Notes: generated by a model from the sequence alone, not told the origin. A stretch of 64,000 nucleotides of DNA from an uncultured Candidatus Saccharibacteria bacterium (GCA_964473815.1 CAYYQK010000004.1:4493-68492); one strand, 5' to 3'. Shown: positions 18,527-28,386, counted from the first letter of the stretch. Made by a program: numbers and translations.

Positions 18527-19792
18527 ATGGACGCATCAACGAGGCAACTACCACTTGAAAAATACCCTGTTGTTAGAATTTCATCAGACGGAACGCGTAT
18601 CCGGCAACTAAGTGGTCCAAAAGGAATTCTTCTGGACCCCAACCGCCGCAGCCCACGCGTAGAAGAATTTTCTGCCAGGCTAAGCGAGGCTGTAATTGGC
18701 CAACCTGAAGCCGTCCAAGCGATGAGTAGATCTTTACAGTTATGTCTCAGTGGGTTTAACAACCCAACCCGACCAATTGGGATTTTATTTTTTTTAGGAC
18801 CGACTGGATCCGGAAAAACGCTCATCGCAGAGTCAGCCGCGGAAATCCTATTTGGAGATTCCAAGGCTCTTGTCAAAGTGGACTGTGCTGAGTTTGGACA
18901 TAGCCACCAAATTTCCAAACTCATTGGCTCCCCTCCTGGGTACTTAGGTCACAGGGAGACTTCGCCAATGCTGACACAGGACAATCTGGACAAGTGCCAC
19001 ACTGATGAATTCAAATTTACTTTCGTGTTGTTTGATGAAATCGAAAAGGCCAGTGACTCCTTGGCCAATCTCTTGTTAGGAATTATGGACAAGGGATGCT
19101 TGACTCTCGGAGACAATCGCCAAATTGATTTTAGTAAAACCATCATCATCATGTCTTCGAACTTAGGTGTGAAGGAAATCGATCACCTTCTGAGCGGCGG
19201 AATTGGATTTGCTCCCAACAAAGGTTCGACTGATACCCAAGGGAAAGAGTCGGAAAAAATATCCAAAGCAGCCCTCGCTGCGGTCGTTCGAAAATTCAGG
19301 CCTGAGTTCGTTAATCGGATCGACAAAATGATAGTTTTTAATTCTTTGAGTAAAGCTGACATAGCCCGGGTCTTAGAACGCGAGCTTATCAAAATCCAGA
19401 ACCGGATTACCGAATCTGCCGGTACAAAATTTGTGTTCCACTGTTCACCGGAAGCAAAGCAATTTCTTCTGGCCGAAGGTTGGGACAACCAGTACGGCGG
19501 CCGGCATATCAACCGGGCTTTAGAACGTCACTTGGTTATGAAGCTATCAAATCTGGTAGCTACAGAACAAATTAACACTGGAGATGTGGTTTTGGTGGAC
19601 TGGGATGCTAGCGAACGGAAACCGGTCTTCGTCAAACTCCGAGAACAAATAATTATCCCGGGGTCATACGCCGCCACCCCCGAACAGGCAGATGAAGACG
19701 AGGTTAGAGTAGTCCAAAACGATGTCGCAATAGTCCATCCGTTCCTCACAGATGGATACGAAAATTTTCCCGGTATCGGCGGTGGGAATTAG
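18527..19792 (+). CDS. Stand-alone AAA+ ATPase resembling the D2 (second) nucleotide-binding domain of ClpA/ClpB, followed by a C-terminal extension of about 100 aa with no recognisable family.
   Basis: VIGQPEAV sensor. Walker A GPTGSGKT. Sensor/arginine region ..SPPGYLGH.. typical of Clp D2. There is no N-domain, D1 domain or ClpP-binding loop. GC is visibly higher than in the flanking genes. Confidence 0.65.
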   Translation: MDASTRQLPLEKYPVVRISSDGTRIRQLSGPKGILLDPNRRSPRVEEFSARLSEAVIGQPEAVQAMSRSLQLCLSGFNNPTRPIGILFFLGPTGSGKTLIAESAAEILFGDSKALVKVDCAEFGHSHQISKLIGSPPGYLGHRETSPMLTQDNLDKCHTDEFKFTFVLFDEIEKASDSLANLLLGIMDKGCLTLGDNRQIDFSKTIIIMSSNLGVKEIDHLLSGGIGFAPNKGSTDTQGKESEKISKAALAAVVRKFRPEFVNRIDKMIVFNSLSKADIARVLERELIKIQNRITESAGTKFVFHCSPEAKQFLLAEGWDNQYGGRHINRALERHLVMKLSNLVATEQINTGDVVLVDWDASERKPVFVKLREQIIIPGSYAATPEQADEDEVRVVQNDVAIVHPFLTDGYENFPGIGGGN

Positions 19793-19841
19793 GTACAGGA
19801 GAAATTGAGTAAACAATAGTCGCGTCTTACGCAAACGGACT

Positions 19842-19871
19842 GCCGGCGTTCTACCCAGAACGCCGGCTTTT
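19842..19871 (+). terminator. Rho-independent terminator of the AAA+ gene.
   Basis: GCCGGCGTTC..GAACGCCGGC stem followed by TTTT. Confidence 0.75.
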
Positions 19872-19874
19872 ATA

Positions 19875-19903
19875 TTGACTTTTTCCGCTTAATCCCCTAT
19901 ACT
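19875..19903 (+). promoter_or_regulatory. Consensus sigma-70-type promoter for typA (TTGACT-17-TATACT).
   Basis: Read directly: -35 TTGACT at 19875-19880, a 17-nt spacer, -10 TATACT at 19898-19903. Confidence 0.65.
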
Positions 19904-19964
19904 ATTTGAAGTTCCTGCCGGGCATGCCGGCATTTTTATTTGAAAGATTCTAAAAACCGCACTA

Positions 19965-21824
19965 ATGAAACGAGATAACATCCGCAACGTTGCCATCATT
20001 GCACACGTTGACCACGGTAAAACCACTCTGGTCGACGCGATGCTTAAACAGACCGACACTGTTAAAGACAGTGGCGCTGATTTAATTATGGACAGTGGCG
20101 ATCTTGAACGCGAACGCGGCATTACCATTACTGCCAAAAATGCCTCTGTAGTTTACAAAGGTACAAAAATCAATATTGTTGATACTCCTGGTCACGCTGA
20201 CTTTGGCGGTGAAGTGGAACGTACTCTAAAAATGGCTGATGGCGTGCTTCTATTAGTAGACGCCAAAGAAGGCCCAATGCCTCAGACCAAATTCGTGCTG
20301 AAGAAAGCATTGGAACTTGGGCACCAAGCTATTGTGGTCATTAATAAAGTAGATAAACCAGAAGCTCAGGTTGATGAAGTCATCAATAAAACTTTTGATT
20401 TGTTTGTTTCCTTGAATGCCACTGACACCCAACTCGACTTCCCTATTTTGTATGCTTCCGGTATTAACGGAGTTGCGCACACTGAATTGCAACCAGTTCT
20501 GGATGCGGTGAAGTCTAAAGACACAGGAGCAACTCTTCCAAACGACGAACATAATATTATCCCGGTGTTCGAAGCAATCATCGAACACATTCCTGCTCCT
20601 GATGTTGCCCCGGAAGATCCGTTTGGTGTTTTGATCTTGGCACTTCGCTACGATAACTACAAAGGTAAAATTGGCGTTGGAAAAATCACTTCCGGTTCTG
20701 TTAAAAAGGCTCAAGGTGTTGTTCGTTTTGATCGTGAAGGAAACAAAACTACAGGCAAAATTACTTCTCTACAAATGTACGAAGGCTTGCTTCCTGTAGA
20801 GGTTGATGAAGCTCAAGCTGGTGACATTGTGGCATTGGGTGGTTTTGACGGAATTTCCATTGGCGATACTATCGCTGACAGCGTGAACGGCGTGCAAATC
20901 CCTCCGGTTGAAATTGAACAACCTACTATTAAAATGACTTTTGGTGTTAATACTTCCCCATTCGCAGGTCGTGAAGGAACTTTGTTAACTTCCCGCCAAA
21001 TTAAAGACCGTCTCGATCGTGAATTAGAAACTAACGTTGCATTACGCGTTGAACAATCTACTGAAAGTGGTGATGCGTTCATGGTTTCTGGTCGTGGTGA
21101 ACTTCACTTGGGTGTGTTAATCGAAACTATGCGCCGCGAAGGTTTTGAAATGCAAGTTTCTCAACCACAGGTTATCTTCCATGAAGAAAATGGCGTTAAA
21201 CTTGAACCTTACGAAGTCCTTTCTGTTGATGTGCCTAGTGAACATCAGGGTGTGGTAATTGAAGAAGTTGGCAAACGCGGTGGTGAATTGCAGCATATGG
21301 ACAGCAATGCCAGTGGCGAAATTCACGCTGAATATATTATTCCAACTCGCGGATTGATTGGTTTAAAAAACTTGTTGCTGACTCGAACCCGCGGTACTGC
21401 TATTATTAACAACTTGTTCGACAGCTTTAAGCCTGTACACGATATTGATTTGCGCAGTAATGAGCACGGTTCAATTATTGCCTCTGATAGCGGCTCGGCC
21501 TTAGCTTACGGTTTGAACAATGCCCAAGGTCGTGGCGTGCTATTCATTGGTCCGGCAACAGAAGTTTACGAAGGTATGGTTGTTGGAATTAATGCTTTGG
21601 ACTCTGACCTTGAAGTAAACGTAACTAAGGGTAAGAAGCTGACCAACATGCGTGCTTCTGGTTCAGACTCGAGTATTATTTTGACTCCGCCGAAAGAAGT
21701 AACTTTGGACTTTGCCTTGGAATACATTGGCCCTGATGAATTAGTAGAAGTAACGCCGCAAAGCATTCGCATCCGCAAAAAATTCCTGACTCTGAACGAA
21801 CGCAAAAAAGACAAACGTGCTTAA
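19965..21824 (+). CDS. typA: Translational GTPase BipA/TypA.
   Basis: AHVDHGKTT G1 motif, DTPGHADF G3 motif, 619 aa, with the BipA-specific C-terminal domain. Confidence 0.92.
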   Translation: MKRDNIRNVAIIAHVDHGKTTLVDAMLKQTDTVKDSGADLIMDSGDLERERGITITAKNASVVYKGTKINIVDTPGHADFGGEVERTLKMADGVLLLVDAKEGPMPQTKFVLKKALELGHQAIVVINKVDKPEAQVDEVINKTFDLFVSLNATDTQLDFPILYASGINGVAHTELQPVLDAVKSKDTGATLPNDEHNIIPVFEAIIEHIPAPDVAPEDPFGVLILALRYDNYKGKIGVGKITSGSVKKAQGVVRFDREGNKTTGKITSLQMYEGLLPVEVDEAQAGDIVALGGFDGISIGDTIADSVNGVQIPPVEIEQPTIKMTFGVNTSPFAGREGTLLTSRQIKDRLDRELETNVALRVEQSTESGDAFMVSGRGELHLGVLIETMRREGFEMQVSQPQVIFHEENGVKLEPYEVLSVDVPSEHQGVVIEEVGKRGGELQHMDSNASGEIHAEYIIPTRGLIGLKNLLLTRTRGTAIINNLFDSFKPVHDIDLRSNEHGSIIASDSGSALAYGLNNAQGRGVLFIGPATEVYEGMVVGINALDSDLEVNVTKGKKLTNMRASGSDSSIILTPPKEVTLDFALEYIGPDELVEVTPQSIRIRKKFLTLNERKKDKRA

Positions 21825-21917
21825 GCAAATTTAAAACCGCCCAACTGGGCGGTTTTATCATTTTGACTAAAATCAGGTATAATTAAGTAAATAACTCGGA
21901 GGGAGAAACAAAAAACC

Positions 21918-23123
21918 ATGATTAAACCAAAATGGCGCTACTGGCTGATCTTGCCGGCTCTAGCCCTTACCGCAACCTCGGTATTCGGCTATATGGTCGT
22001 TGCCAAAGGTCAGACCCAAATCGGCGAAGACCTGCAGAACAAAGTTTGGCAAACTATTATAGACAAAGGCTTCGGGGACGCCCGCACTACTTCGACATCC
22101 TTTGTTTATTCTGATAGTACCAAATACAAGTTTAAGCCATCGAACTTTGCTACGCCGAATGACCCAATGTCACCTGATGAAGCTGCCCGACTTGATTCCC
22201 AATATTCGTTCACAATTTCTGGAATGAATTTTGGAGTACGATCCAATGGTTATACCGATATGAGCAATATCGAATTCCCTCTTACTGACACACACTTAGA
22301 TGCTTGGTTTGGTAACAATGGCAAAAAATATTCAGCTGGTGGAGATCTGAAGCTAAAGGAAACCGAAGCGTACGTTAAATATAACTACAACAACGATTTA
22401 AAGGATTTTGTTTTGCAGTATGCTGGCGGAACTCGGTTTGATTCAAATAAAAATCAATGGATTCAAATTAACGACCCCTACCGCTTAGACGATCTTCGCA
22501 AAACTCTAACGGAGTTTTTAAAGCCTGAGCAGAACCTTGAGTTTGATCAAATTTTAAAGGATAACCGCCTGTTTGATATCAAAGGAATTAAAGGCGCTAA
22601 AATAATTGACGGTAAAGCAACTGTGCAATACGATTTGGCTTTGAACAAAGATCGGTTGCGTAATGTAGTTTCGCAAAGCATTGATATGGATCAGTACTCC
22701 AGCCAGGATGATAAAGATTTCGGGAAACAGTTGGCCTTTGCATTAATAGATAAAATTCAGGTTCGTAAATTCAGTGCGTGGATTGGTGTGAGTGACCAGA
22801 AACTATACAAGATGAGTATCAGCAGTAATGCTATCTCTGTCGCAGAAACCTTGGCGCAGTTTGAAAAAGCAATCAAGAACCCAAAAAATTCAGTAGGCGC
22901 AATTGGTAGCCCGTTTGATGAAGATCAAGGAATGAAGCGAGCTGTATTGGATACTGTGAAGAACATGCAATTCAAAGCCAAAATTCAGATCGAATATTCT
23001 GCAAAGAACATTGGTAAGCAGCAAGAAATTAAAGCTCCAAGTAAATTTGTAAGAGCTACAATGAGCATGTATAGTTCATTGCGAACTTTTGCAGGAGACA
23101 TTAAATTATTTAAATTCAAATAA
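21918..23123 (+). CDS. Hypothetical secreted or membrane-anchored protein.
   Basis: N-terminal signal anchor (WLILPALALTATSVFG). No recognised domain. Confidence 0.5.
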   Translation: MIKPKWRYWLILPALALTATSVFGYMVVAKGQTQIGEDLQNKVWQTIIDKGFGDARTTSTSFVYSDSTKYKFKPSNFATPNDPMSPDEAARLDSQYSFTISGMNFGVRSNGYTDMSNIEFPLTDTHLDAWFGNNGKKYSAGGDLKLKETEAYVKYNYNNDLKDFVLQYAGGTRFDSNKNQWIQINDPYRLDDLRKTLTEFLKPEQNLEFDQILKDNRLFDIKGIKGAKIIDGKATVQYDLALNKDRLRNVVSQSIDMDQYSSQDDKDFGKQLAFALIDKIQVRKFSAWIGVSDQKLYKMSISSNAISVAETLAQFEKAIKNPKNSVGAIGSPFDEDQGMKRAVLDTVKNMQFKAKIQIEYSAKNIGKQQEIKAPSKFVRATMSMYSSLRTFAGDIKLFKFK

Positions 23124-23142
23124 TCTGTAATATTAAAAAACC

Positions 23143-23170
23143 GCCCAGCGATGGGCGGTTTTTTAATTTT
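23143..23170. terminator. Bidirectional terminator (AAAAAACCGCCCAGCGATGGGCGGTTTTTT).
   Basis: Perfect stem flanked by an A-run and a T-run, between convergent genes. Confidence 0.8.
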
Positions 23171-23174
23171 TACA

Positions 23175-24185
23175 TTATTTCATCAAGTCAACATTATTAA
23201 ATACTTGTTTACACATTGATGGTATGGATTTCATATCCTCATTAAGTAGTTTAAGATTGGATGCATTTGTCTGATTAAACTGGGCTAATTCATCCTGGGT
23301 AGGATGGGTCATGGCGAAAGCTTTTTTACTTGATTTATTTACTTTTACAACGTAAGAGTAAATATCGTTTAGAGCTTTAGTACAAACCTTGATTGATTTG
23401 TCATTTGAATAGTTTTGTAAATTGACACATTCTTCAAAAGAGCCAGGATTTTGATCGCCAATACTTTCGATTGCTGTTTCAAGATCAGCATTCCTAGTTT
23501 TGTAGGCTAAAGTAATGTTATCATGCAGAACTTTGAAAGCACTATCTTTATTTACCCCGCTCCGAATATATTCCTTATATTGGTTTTCGTACTTTCTCGC
23601 GGAGTCCGAATAAGTCTTTTCGATTGTAGCCATCTTCTTATTTAAAGTAGCGGAGAGGGTTGTATAAGTTTTGATACAGGATTTGTCTAAGTTAGTTGGA
23701 TCTTGAGCGCCTTTTACATCCCCGCCGTTGTCGCTAGGTTTTACACAATCGTGCTTTTGGGGTTGTGGTTGCCCTTTCAAATCTGCGACTGCGGTTTTGC
23801 GATCTTGTTGCAATTTAGTCATAGCATCTTTGAAAGCTAGGCTAGCAGCTTTTTTCTCATCTGGAGTGGTGGCATTTTTGCGAGCTTCTTTGAAAGTGTC
23901 AAAAGCAGCTTTACGGGCTGTTTTTGCATCAGCTTCAATCTGTTTTAACTTAGTCTTTTGTTCAGCGCGAAATTGTTTAATTTTTTCTACGTCTCCTAAG
24001 CGGCACTTTGCCACGTCACTCCGGTGTTCGCCACCAATTAAAGGAACTCGAGAATGGTCCTCAGTTGTGGTGTTTGAATCTGTCTCAGTCCCGTCATGAG
24101 CGAAAGCCAATTGTGCTCCAAATCCAGGTATTAGCATGCTTAGCATGGCAAATACCACGAGAGTGGATTTAAAATATCTAATCAT
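23175..24185 (-). CDS. Hypothetical secreted Lys/Ala-rich protein with several Cys residues.
   Basis: Signal peptide; predicted helical or coiled-coil composition. Confidence 0.5.
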   Translation of the reverse strand: MIRYFKSTLVVFAMLSMLIPGFGAQLAFAHDGTETDSNTTTEDHSRVPLIGGEHRSDVAKCRLGDVEKIKQFRAEQKTKLKQIEADAKTARKAAFDTFKEARKNATTPDEKKAASLAFKDAMTKLQQDRKTAVADLKGQPQPQKHDCVKPSDNGGDVKGAQDPTNLDKSCIKTYTTLSATLNKKMATIEKTYSDSARKYENQYKEYIRSGVNKDSAFKVLHDNITLAYKTRNADLETAIESIGDQNPGSFEECVNLQNYSNDKSIKVCTKALNDIYSYVVKVNKSSKKAFAMTHPTQDELAQFNQTNASNLKLLNEDMKSIPSMCKQVFNNVDLMK

Positions 24186-24246
24186 TTTTGTTTGGTTAAT
24201 TATTGATTACATTATATCACTGTTCAGCGTGATTTAGACGTTGAAT

Positions 24247-25212
24247 TTAGATGTCTGCGATGATGAGGTCTAAGATGACCTGCGGCGGCATAGAGCCGGT
24301 TTTAAGTTCTCTGTCGAGATTCTCGAGTTTGGCCAGTGAACTTTTTAGTTGCCCAGATGAAAAGTTTCTTGATAATTTCTTTAGCACGTATAGCCTGCCG
24401 CTCTTCCAACCAGTTAGGTCAAGAATTTTTTCATCTGGAAGGTTTCTATTGGAGGCGTCGTTAATAACAAGAAGACTGCGGAATTGGTCGGATAATAACG
24501 CAGCGACTTTAATGGCATTACTCTTTTCGTCAGCAGTTTCAGTTTCGAAAAATTGTTCAAGCATTTGTAATGCTAGTTTTTTATTTTTCGTTGCAATGGC
24601 GTTGAGCAGAGCAAAAATGTCGACGCCAGTAATATTTTCGGTTAACTCCCCTACCATTGCAGTGGTGATAGTTTTGCCGTTAGCAAAACTTTGTAATTTC
24701 TGAAGTTCGTTTTGCGCGCGAGCAACATTTAAACTTGAGTCTTCATTTTCTAGCAGCGCGGTTGCGAGCGCGCGAGCTGCTGCCGGCTCAATAGCAATAT
24801 TATGTTCTTTCGCAAATTTCAAAATCCAATCTGCTGATAGAGCAGAACCAACCGGCGCATCAAAATTTAAAACCAAAACCCGGCTGTCTTTTAAAAATTC
24901 AGTATTAACTTTTTTACGTTTATCAATATTTTCTTCAACTATAAATACCTGACATTCACCCACTTGGTCGATAAAATTTTCAGCATCAATATTCTTCCAA
25001 GCTCCGTCTAAAACGACAATTTTTGGAGCGCCAAAAAGCTGTGGCTCAAAATGCCTGCTTAAGCCAGATAATTCACTAGACTCGTCTAAAACGACCAAAT
25101 CTGCCTTAAATTTGACTGCGGAATCAGCAATATGAGCTTTCTTGGCTATTGAGTTATTTCCGAGCAAAACAGTAATCATATTGGGCATTATAACATGGCC
25201 AGAAATCCCCAA
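24247..25212 (-). CDS. holA: DNA polymerase III delta subunit-like protein (HolA).
   Basis: 321 aa. Weak resemblance to the delta-subunit N-terminal AAA-like fold and the C-terminal helical domain. The assignment is tentative. Confidence 0.45.
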   Translation of the reverse strand: MGISGHVIMPNMITVLLGNNSIAKKAHIADSAVKFKADLVVLDESSELSGLSRHFEPQLFGAPKIVVLDGAWKNIDAENFIDQVGECQVFIVEENIDKRKKVNTEFLKDSRVLVLNFDAPVGSALSADWILKFAKEHNIAIEPAAARALATALLENEDSSLNVARAQNELQKLQSFANGKTITTAMVGELTENITGVDIFALLNAIATKNKKLALQMLEQFFETETADEKSNAIKVAALLSDQFRSLLVINDASNRNLPDEKILDLTGWKSGRLYVLKKLSRNFSSGQLKSSLAKLENLDRELKTGSMPPQVILDLIIADI

Positions 25213-25274
25213 TTAGGCGTTGCATTTATTTGCGGAATCCTTTAAAATGAGGCAGCTACGTAAAAAAGCTCTGA

Positions 25275-25351
25275 GCACCCGTAGCTCAACTGGATAGAGT
25301 GTCCGGCTTCGAACCGGGAGGTTGCAGGTTCGAGTCCTGCCGGGTGTACCA
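25275..25351 (+). tRNA. tRNA-Arg (anticodon TCG).
   Basis: Folded by hand. Acceptor GCACCCG/CGGGTGT. Anticodon stem TCCGG/CCGGA with loop CTTCGAA. T-arm GCAGG-TTCGAGT-CCTGC. Encoded CCA. Confidence 0.85.
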
Positions 25352-25677
25352 TCTAATTTAATATAAATAAAAAGCCGTCGCGCGAAAAAACTGCGCAACG
25401 GCTTCGACAGAAAAGATTGTCGGTCGGACTAGACATAGGGGCTGATGTACGGAGCCCATTGTGACGATGTGAAAGTAAGAACAGCGAAAATGCTGATCAT
25501 GCCGCCAACCACCCAGCTTGTTGCTGAGATTCCGAGATAACTCTTTCTGTTCTGCATATTCTCTCCTGTTTTGTAAAAGTTAATCCAGACTATTGAAAGC
25601 CCAGACAAAGTAATTATATCGCAAGAGCGATTATTCATCCTACTTTATTTATCAACAACTGTCAATAAAACCGCATT

Positions 25678-26355
25678 ATGCAAGCAGTAATTTTGGCAGC
25701 AGGCAAAGGTTTGCGTCTGCGCCCGTTCACAGAACACCACCCAAAACCGTTAATTCCAATTGCTGACAAAGCACTAATTGAATACACTATCGAATCTCTT
25801 CCTGATAGCATCAATGAAATCATTATTGTCATTGGTTATTTAGGTGAGCAAATTAAAGCTCATTTAGGTGACAACTGGAAGGGCAAGCCAATTAAATATG
25901 TTGTGCAGGAAAATTTGGTAGGTACCGGTGATGCATTGCTGCAAGCTAAAGATTTATTGCGCGGCGATTTCTTAGTTGTTAATGGTGATGACCTTTATAC
26001 CAAAGCAGACCTAACACAACTTTTGGAACATGATTTAAGCATGCTCGCCTGGCAACGCAGCGTGCCTTATGAGTTTGGTTTGAAAATTACCGCAGACAAT
26101 ACCTTAGTTGGCTTTGATCCGGAATCATCTTTAGTTAATTGCGGTGCTTACAAATTGAATCTCTCTTTTTTTGATAATCCCCTGGCAACAGTCACTGTGC
26201 ATGACAAGACAGAATACAGCTTGCCGCATACTTTAGTTGCAATGGCTGTGCAAATAACAGTTGTGGTTGTGCCAGCAACCCATTGGTTGCCTGTTGGCAC
26301 GCCGCAGCAGCATCAGTTTGCAAACGATTACTACGTACGCAAATTCCAGAGCTAA
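25678..26355 (+). CDS. Sugar-phosphate nucleotidyltransferase (NTP_transferase fold).
   Basis: N-terminal ILAAGKGLRLRPFT...KPL motif (G-x-G-x-R-L). Confidence 0.75.
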   Translation: MQAVILAAGKGLRLRPFTEHHPKPLIPIADKALIEYTIESLPDSINEIIIVIGYLGEQIKAHLGDNWKGKPIKYVVQENLVGTGDALLQAKDLLRGDFLVVNGDDLYTKADLTQLLEHDLSMLAWQRSVPYEFGLKITADNTLVGFDPESSLVNCGAYKLNLSFFDNPLATVTVHDKTEYSLPHTLVAMAVQITVVVVPATHWLPVGTPQQHQFANDYYVRKFQS

Positions 26356-26480
26356 AGTTAGGGGAAAACTGGCCAAATATTGGGCAAAAATTGGCTGGAC
26401 AAAACTTCATAAAAACGCTATGCTTATCTATCCATTTCCTTTGTAATTGGATAGATTTTTTAAATTTCCGGGAGGATTTT

Positions 26481-27812
26481 ATGATCGAAAACACCGAACC
26501 GGGCTTGGATGGTCAAATCCCCCCGGCTAATGGAAAACTTGGTATTTTACTCGTCGGATTGGGGGCTGTATCAACAACCCTCGTCGCAGGAGTCGAGGCA
26601 GTTAAACTAGGCATCAAAGAACCAGTAGGATCACTCACTCAAATGGGTACAATCCGGTTGGGTCTTCGTACCGACAATAAGCAGCCGCTAATCAAAGATT
26701 TTGTTCCGCTAGCCTCGCTCGACGATATCGTCTTCGGAGCGTGGGACATTTTTAACGACACGGCTTATGATTCGGCGATGAACGCCGGTGTCTTGGATAA
26801 AGATTTGCTCAACCAAATCTCCGAGCCGCTTTCTTCGCTCAAACCCATGTCCGCTGTTTTTGAACAGAACTATGTTAAGCGCCTTCACGGCGAAAACGTA
26901 AAGAAGGGAAAGAACAAGATGGACCTGGCCTCACAACTGATGGTCGACATCGCGAAGTTCAAGACCGATAACAACTGTGACCGACTGGTCATGTTGTGGG
27001 CAGCCTCTACTGAGATCTTCATTGAGGAGAGCGATGTCCATGCCGATCTTAATTCGTTCGAGTCTGCAATGTATGACGACGATCCCAGGATCGCGCCATC
27101 GATGATCTACGCTTACGCGGCTCTTAAGTCTGGCATTCCGTTTATTAACGGCGCGCCAAATCTGACTGTGGACATACCCGCTCTGCGAGATCTCGCCGAC
27201 AAGATGAGTGTTCCGATCTGCGGTAAGGATTTTAAGACAGGCCAGACGCTCATGAAGACCATTATCGCGCCAGGCCTGAAGGCGCGAATGATTGGGCTCG
27301 ATGGTTGGTATTCCACCAACATCCTCGGCAATCGAGACGGCGAAGTTCTGGATGATCCGGAAAATTTCAAATCGAAAGAGGTGTCGAAGCTTTCCGTTCT
27401 CGAACACATCCTTCAACCGGATTTGTATCCCAGTCTATACAAGGATTTTACCCACGTTGTGCGGATCAATTACTATCCGCCGCGCGGGGACAACAAAGAA
27501 GGCTGGGACAACATTGATATCTTCGGATGGCTCGGCTACAAGATGCAGATCAAGATCGATTTTCTATGTAAGGACTCGATCCTCGCTGCACCCGTCGCTT
27601 TCGACCTAGTACTGTTTATGGACTTAGCTCAACGGGCTGGAATGAAAGGAATTCAGGAGTGGCTCTCCTTTTACTTCAAGTGCCCGCAAACCGCGCCAGG
27701 TTTATATCCAGAGCACGATCTGTTCATACAGCTCATGAAGCTCAAGAACACGCTCAGGCATATGATGGGAGAAAAAGAAATCACCCATCTCGGCCTCGAA
27801 TACTACGATTAG
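26481..27812 (+). CDS. myo-Inositol-1-phosphate synthase (inositol-3-phosphate synthase).
   Basis: N-terminal GKLGILLVGLGAVSTTLVAGV Rossmann motif and overall family similarity. GGAGG RBS 6 nt upstream of the ATG at 26481 (the track's longer start at 26283 overlaps the previous gene). Clearly GC-richer than its neighbours. Confidence 0.8.
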   Translation: MIENTEPGLDGQIPPANGKLGILLVGLGAVSTTLVAGVEAVKLGIKEPVGSLTQMGTIRLGLRTDNKQPLIKDFVPLASLDDIVFGAWDIFNDTAYDSAMNAGVLDKDLLNQISEPLSSLKPMSAVFEQNYVKRLHGENVKKGKNKMDLASQLMVDIAKFKTDNNCDRLVMLWAASTEIFIEESDVHADLNSFESAMYDDDPRIAPSMIYAYAALKSGIPFINGAPNLTVDIPALRDLADKMSVPICGKDFKTGQTLMKTIIAPGLKARMIGLDGWYSTNILGNRDGEVLDDPENFKSKEVSKLSVLEHILQPDLYPSLYKDFTHVVRINYYPPRGDNKEGWDNIDIFGWLGYKMQIKIDFLCKDSILAAPVAFDLVLFMDLAQRAGMKGIQEWLSFYFKCPQTAPGLYPEHDLFIQLMKLKNTLRHMMGEKEITHLGLEYYD

Positions 27813-27838
27813 TTTCTTTTCTTGTTTTCGCAACACAC

Positions 27839-27872
27839 CCGGCAAACGCTCCCACGTTTGCCGGCATTTTTT
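27839..27872 (+). terminator. Rho-independent terminator after the inositol-phosphate synthase gene.
   Basis: CCGGCAAACG...CGTTTGCCGG 10-bp stem followed by a T-run. Confidence 0.75.
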
Positions 27873-27938
27873 ATTCTAATTTTCGCGCAAAAAACACGCC
27901 CATTTAGGCGTGCTTTATCAAACAGAACTAAATTATTT

Positions 27939-28014
<76 letters not shown>

Positions 28015-28056
28015 GCACCTTTTGTTACGTTATTTACAACGTAAAGTATAACAAAA

Positions 28057-28386
28057 TTAGCGGGACAAGTCAATGTTATCAGGTGGCGATGCGAACACCT
28101 CAGTCCCCGGAACTTTCTCAGGCACAAACCGTTGATTACTTTCTAAATTCCTTTCAATTTCTTGGTGCTGCTGCATATTCACGCGAACAATTTTGTCGTT
28201 TAAATTTGAGGCGTCAGCGTTAATCATCTTTAATTTTGTCCATTCACCCCAAAGCACCCAACCGAGGGCTAACAAAATAATAAACAAGTACAACCATACC
28301 CCCCAATTCAGGCGGAATTTAATGTTCTTCAAGAACGGAACATCTTTAATACTTTTTGCTGATAAATTAATATTTGGTAATTTCAT
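28057..28386 (-). CDS. Small membrane protein, last gene of the pilus operon (function unknown; possibly PilP-like).
   Basis: A single TM helix. Its start overlaps the pilO stop by 4 nt. Confidence 0.4.
   Translation of the reverse strand: MKLPNINLSAKSIKDVPFLKNIKFRLNWGVWLYLFIILLALGWVLWGEWTKLKMINADASNLNDKIVRVNMQQHQEIERNLESNQRFVPEKVPGTEVFASPPDNIDLSR

Noticed and set aside
25213-25398. 61-aa minus-strand ORF in the track.
   Set aside because: It coincides with tRNA-Arg(TCG) and its flanks. The tRNA fold is convincing, and the ORF has no RBS and no sensible protein features.
25429-25638. 69-aa GC-rich minus-strand ORF next to tRNA-Arg (possible 42-aa membrane peptide starting MQNRKSYLG...).
   Set aside because: No clear RBS and the start is ambiguous. 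It is mentioned only as part of the tRNA-bounded island and not annotated as a feature.
26283-26480. N-terminal extension of the inositol-phosphate synthase ORF (509-aa version).
   Set aside because: It overlaps the upstream nucleotidyltransferase gene in another frame. A GGAGG RBS precedes the ATG at 26481, and family proteins begin near MIENTEPG.
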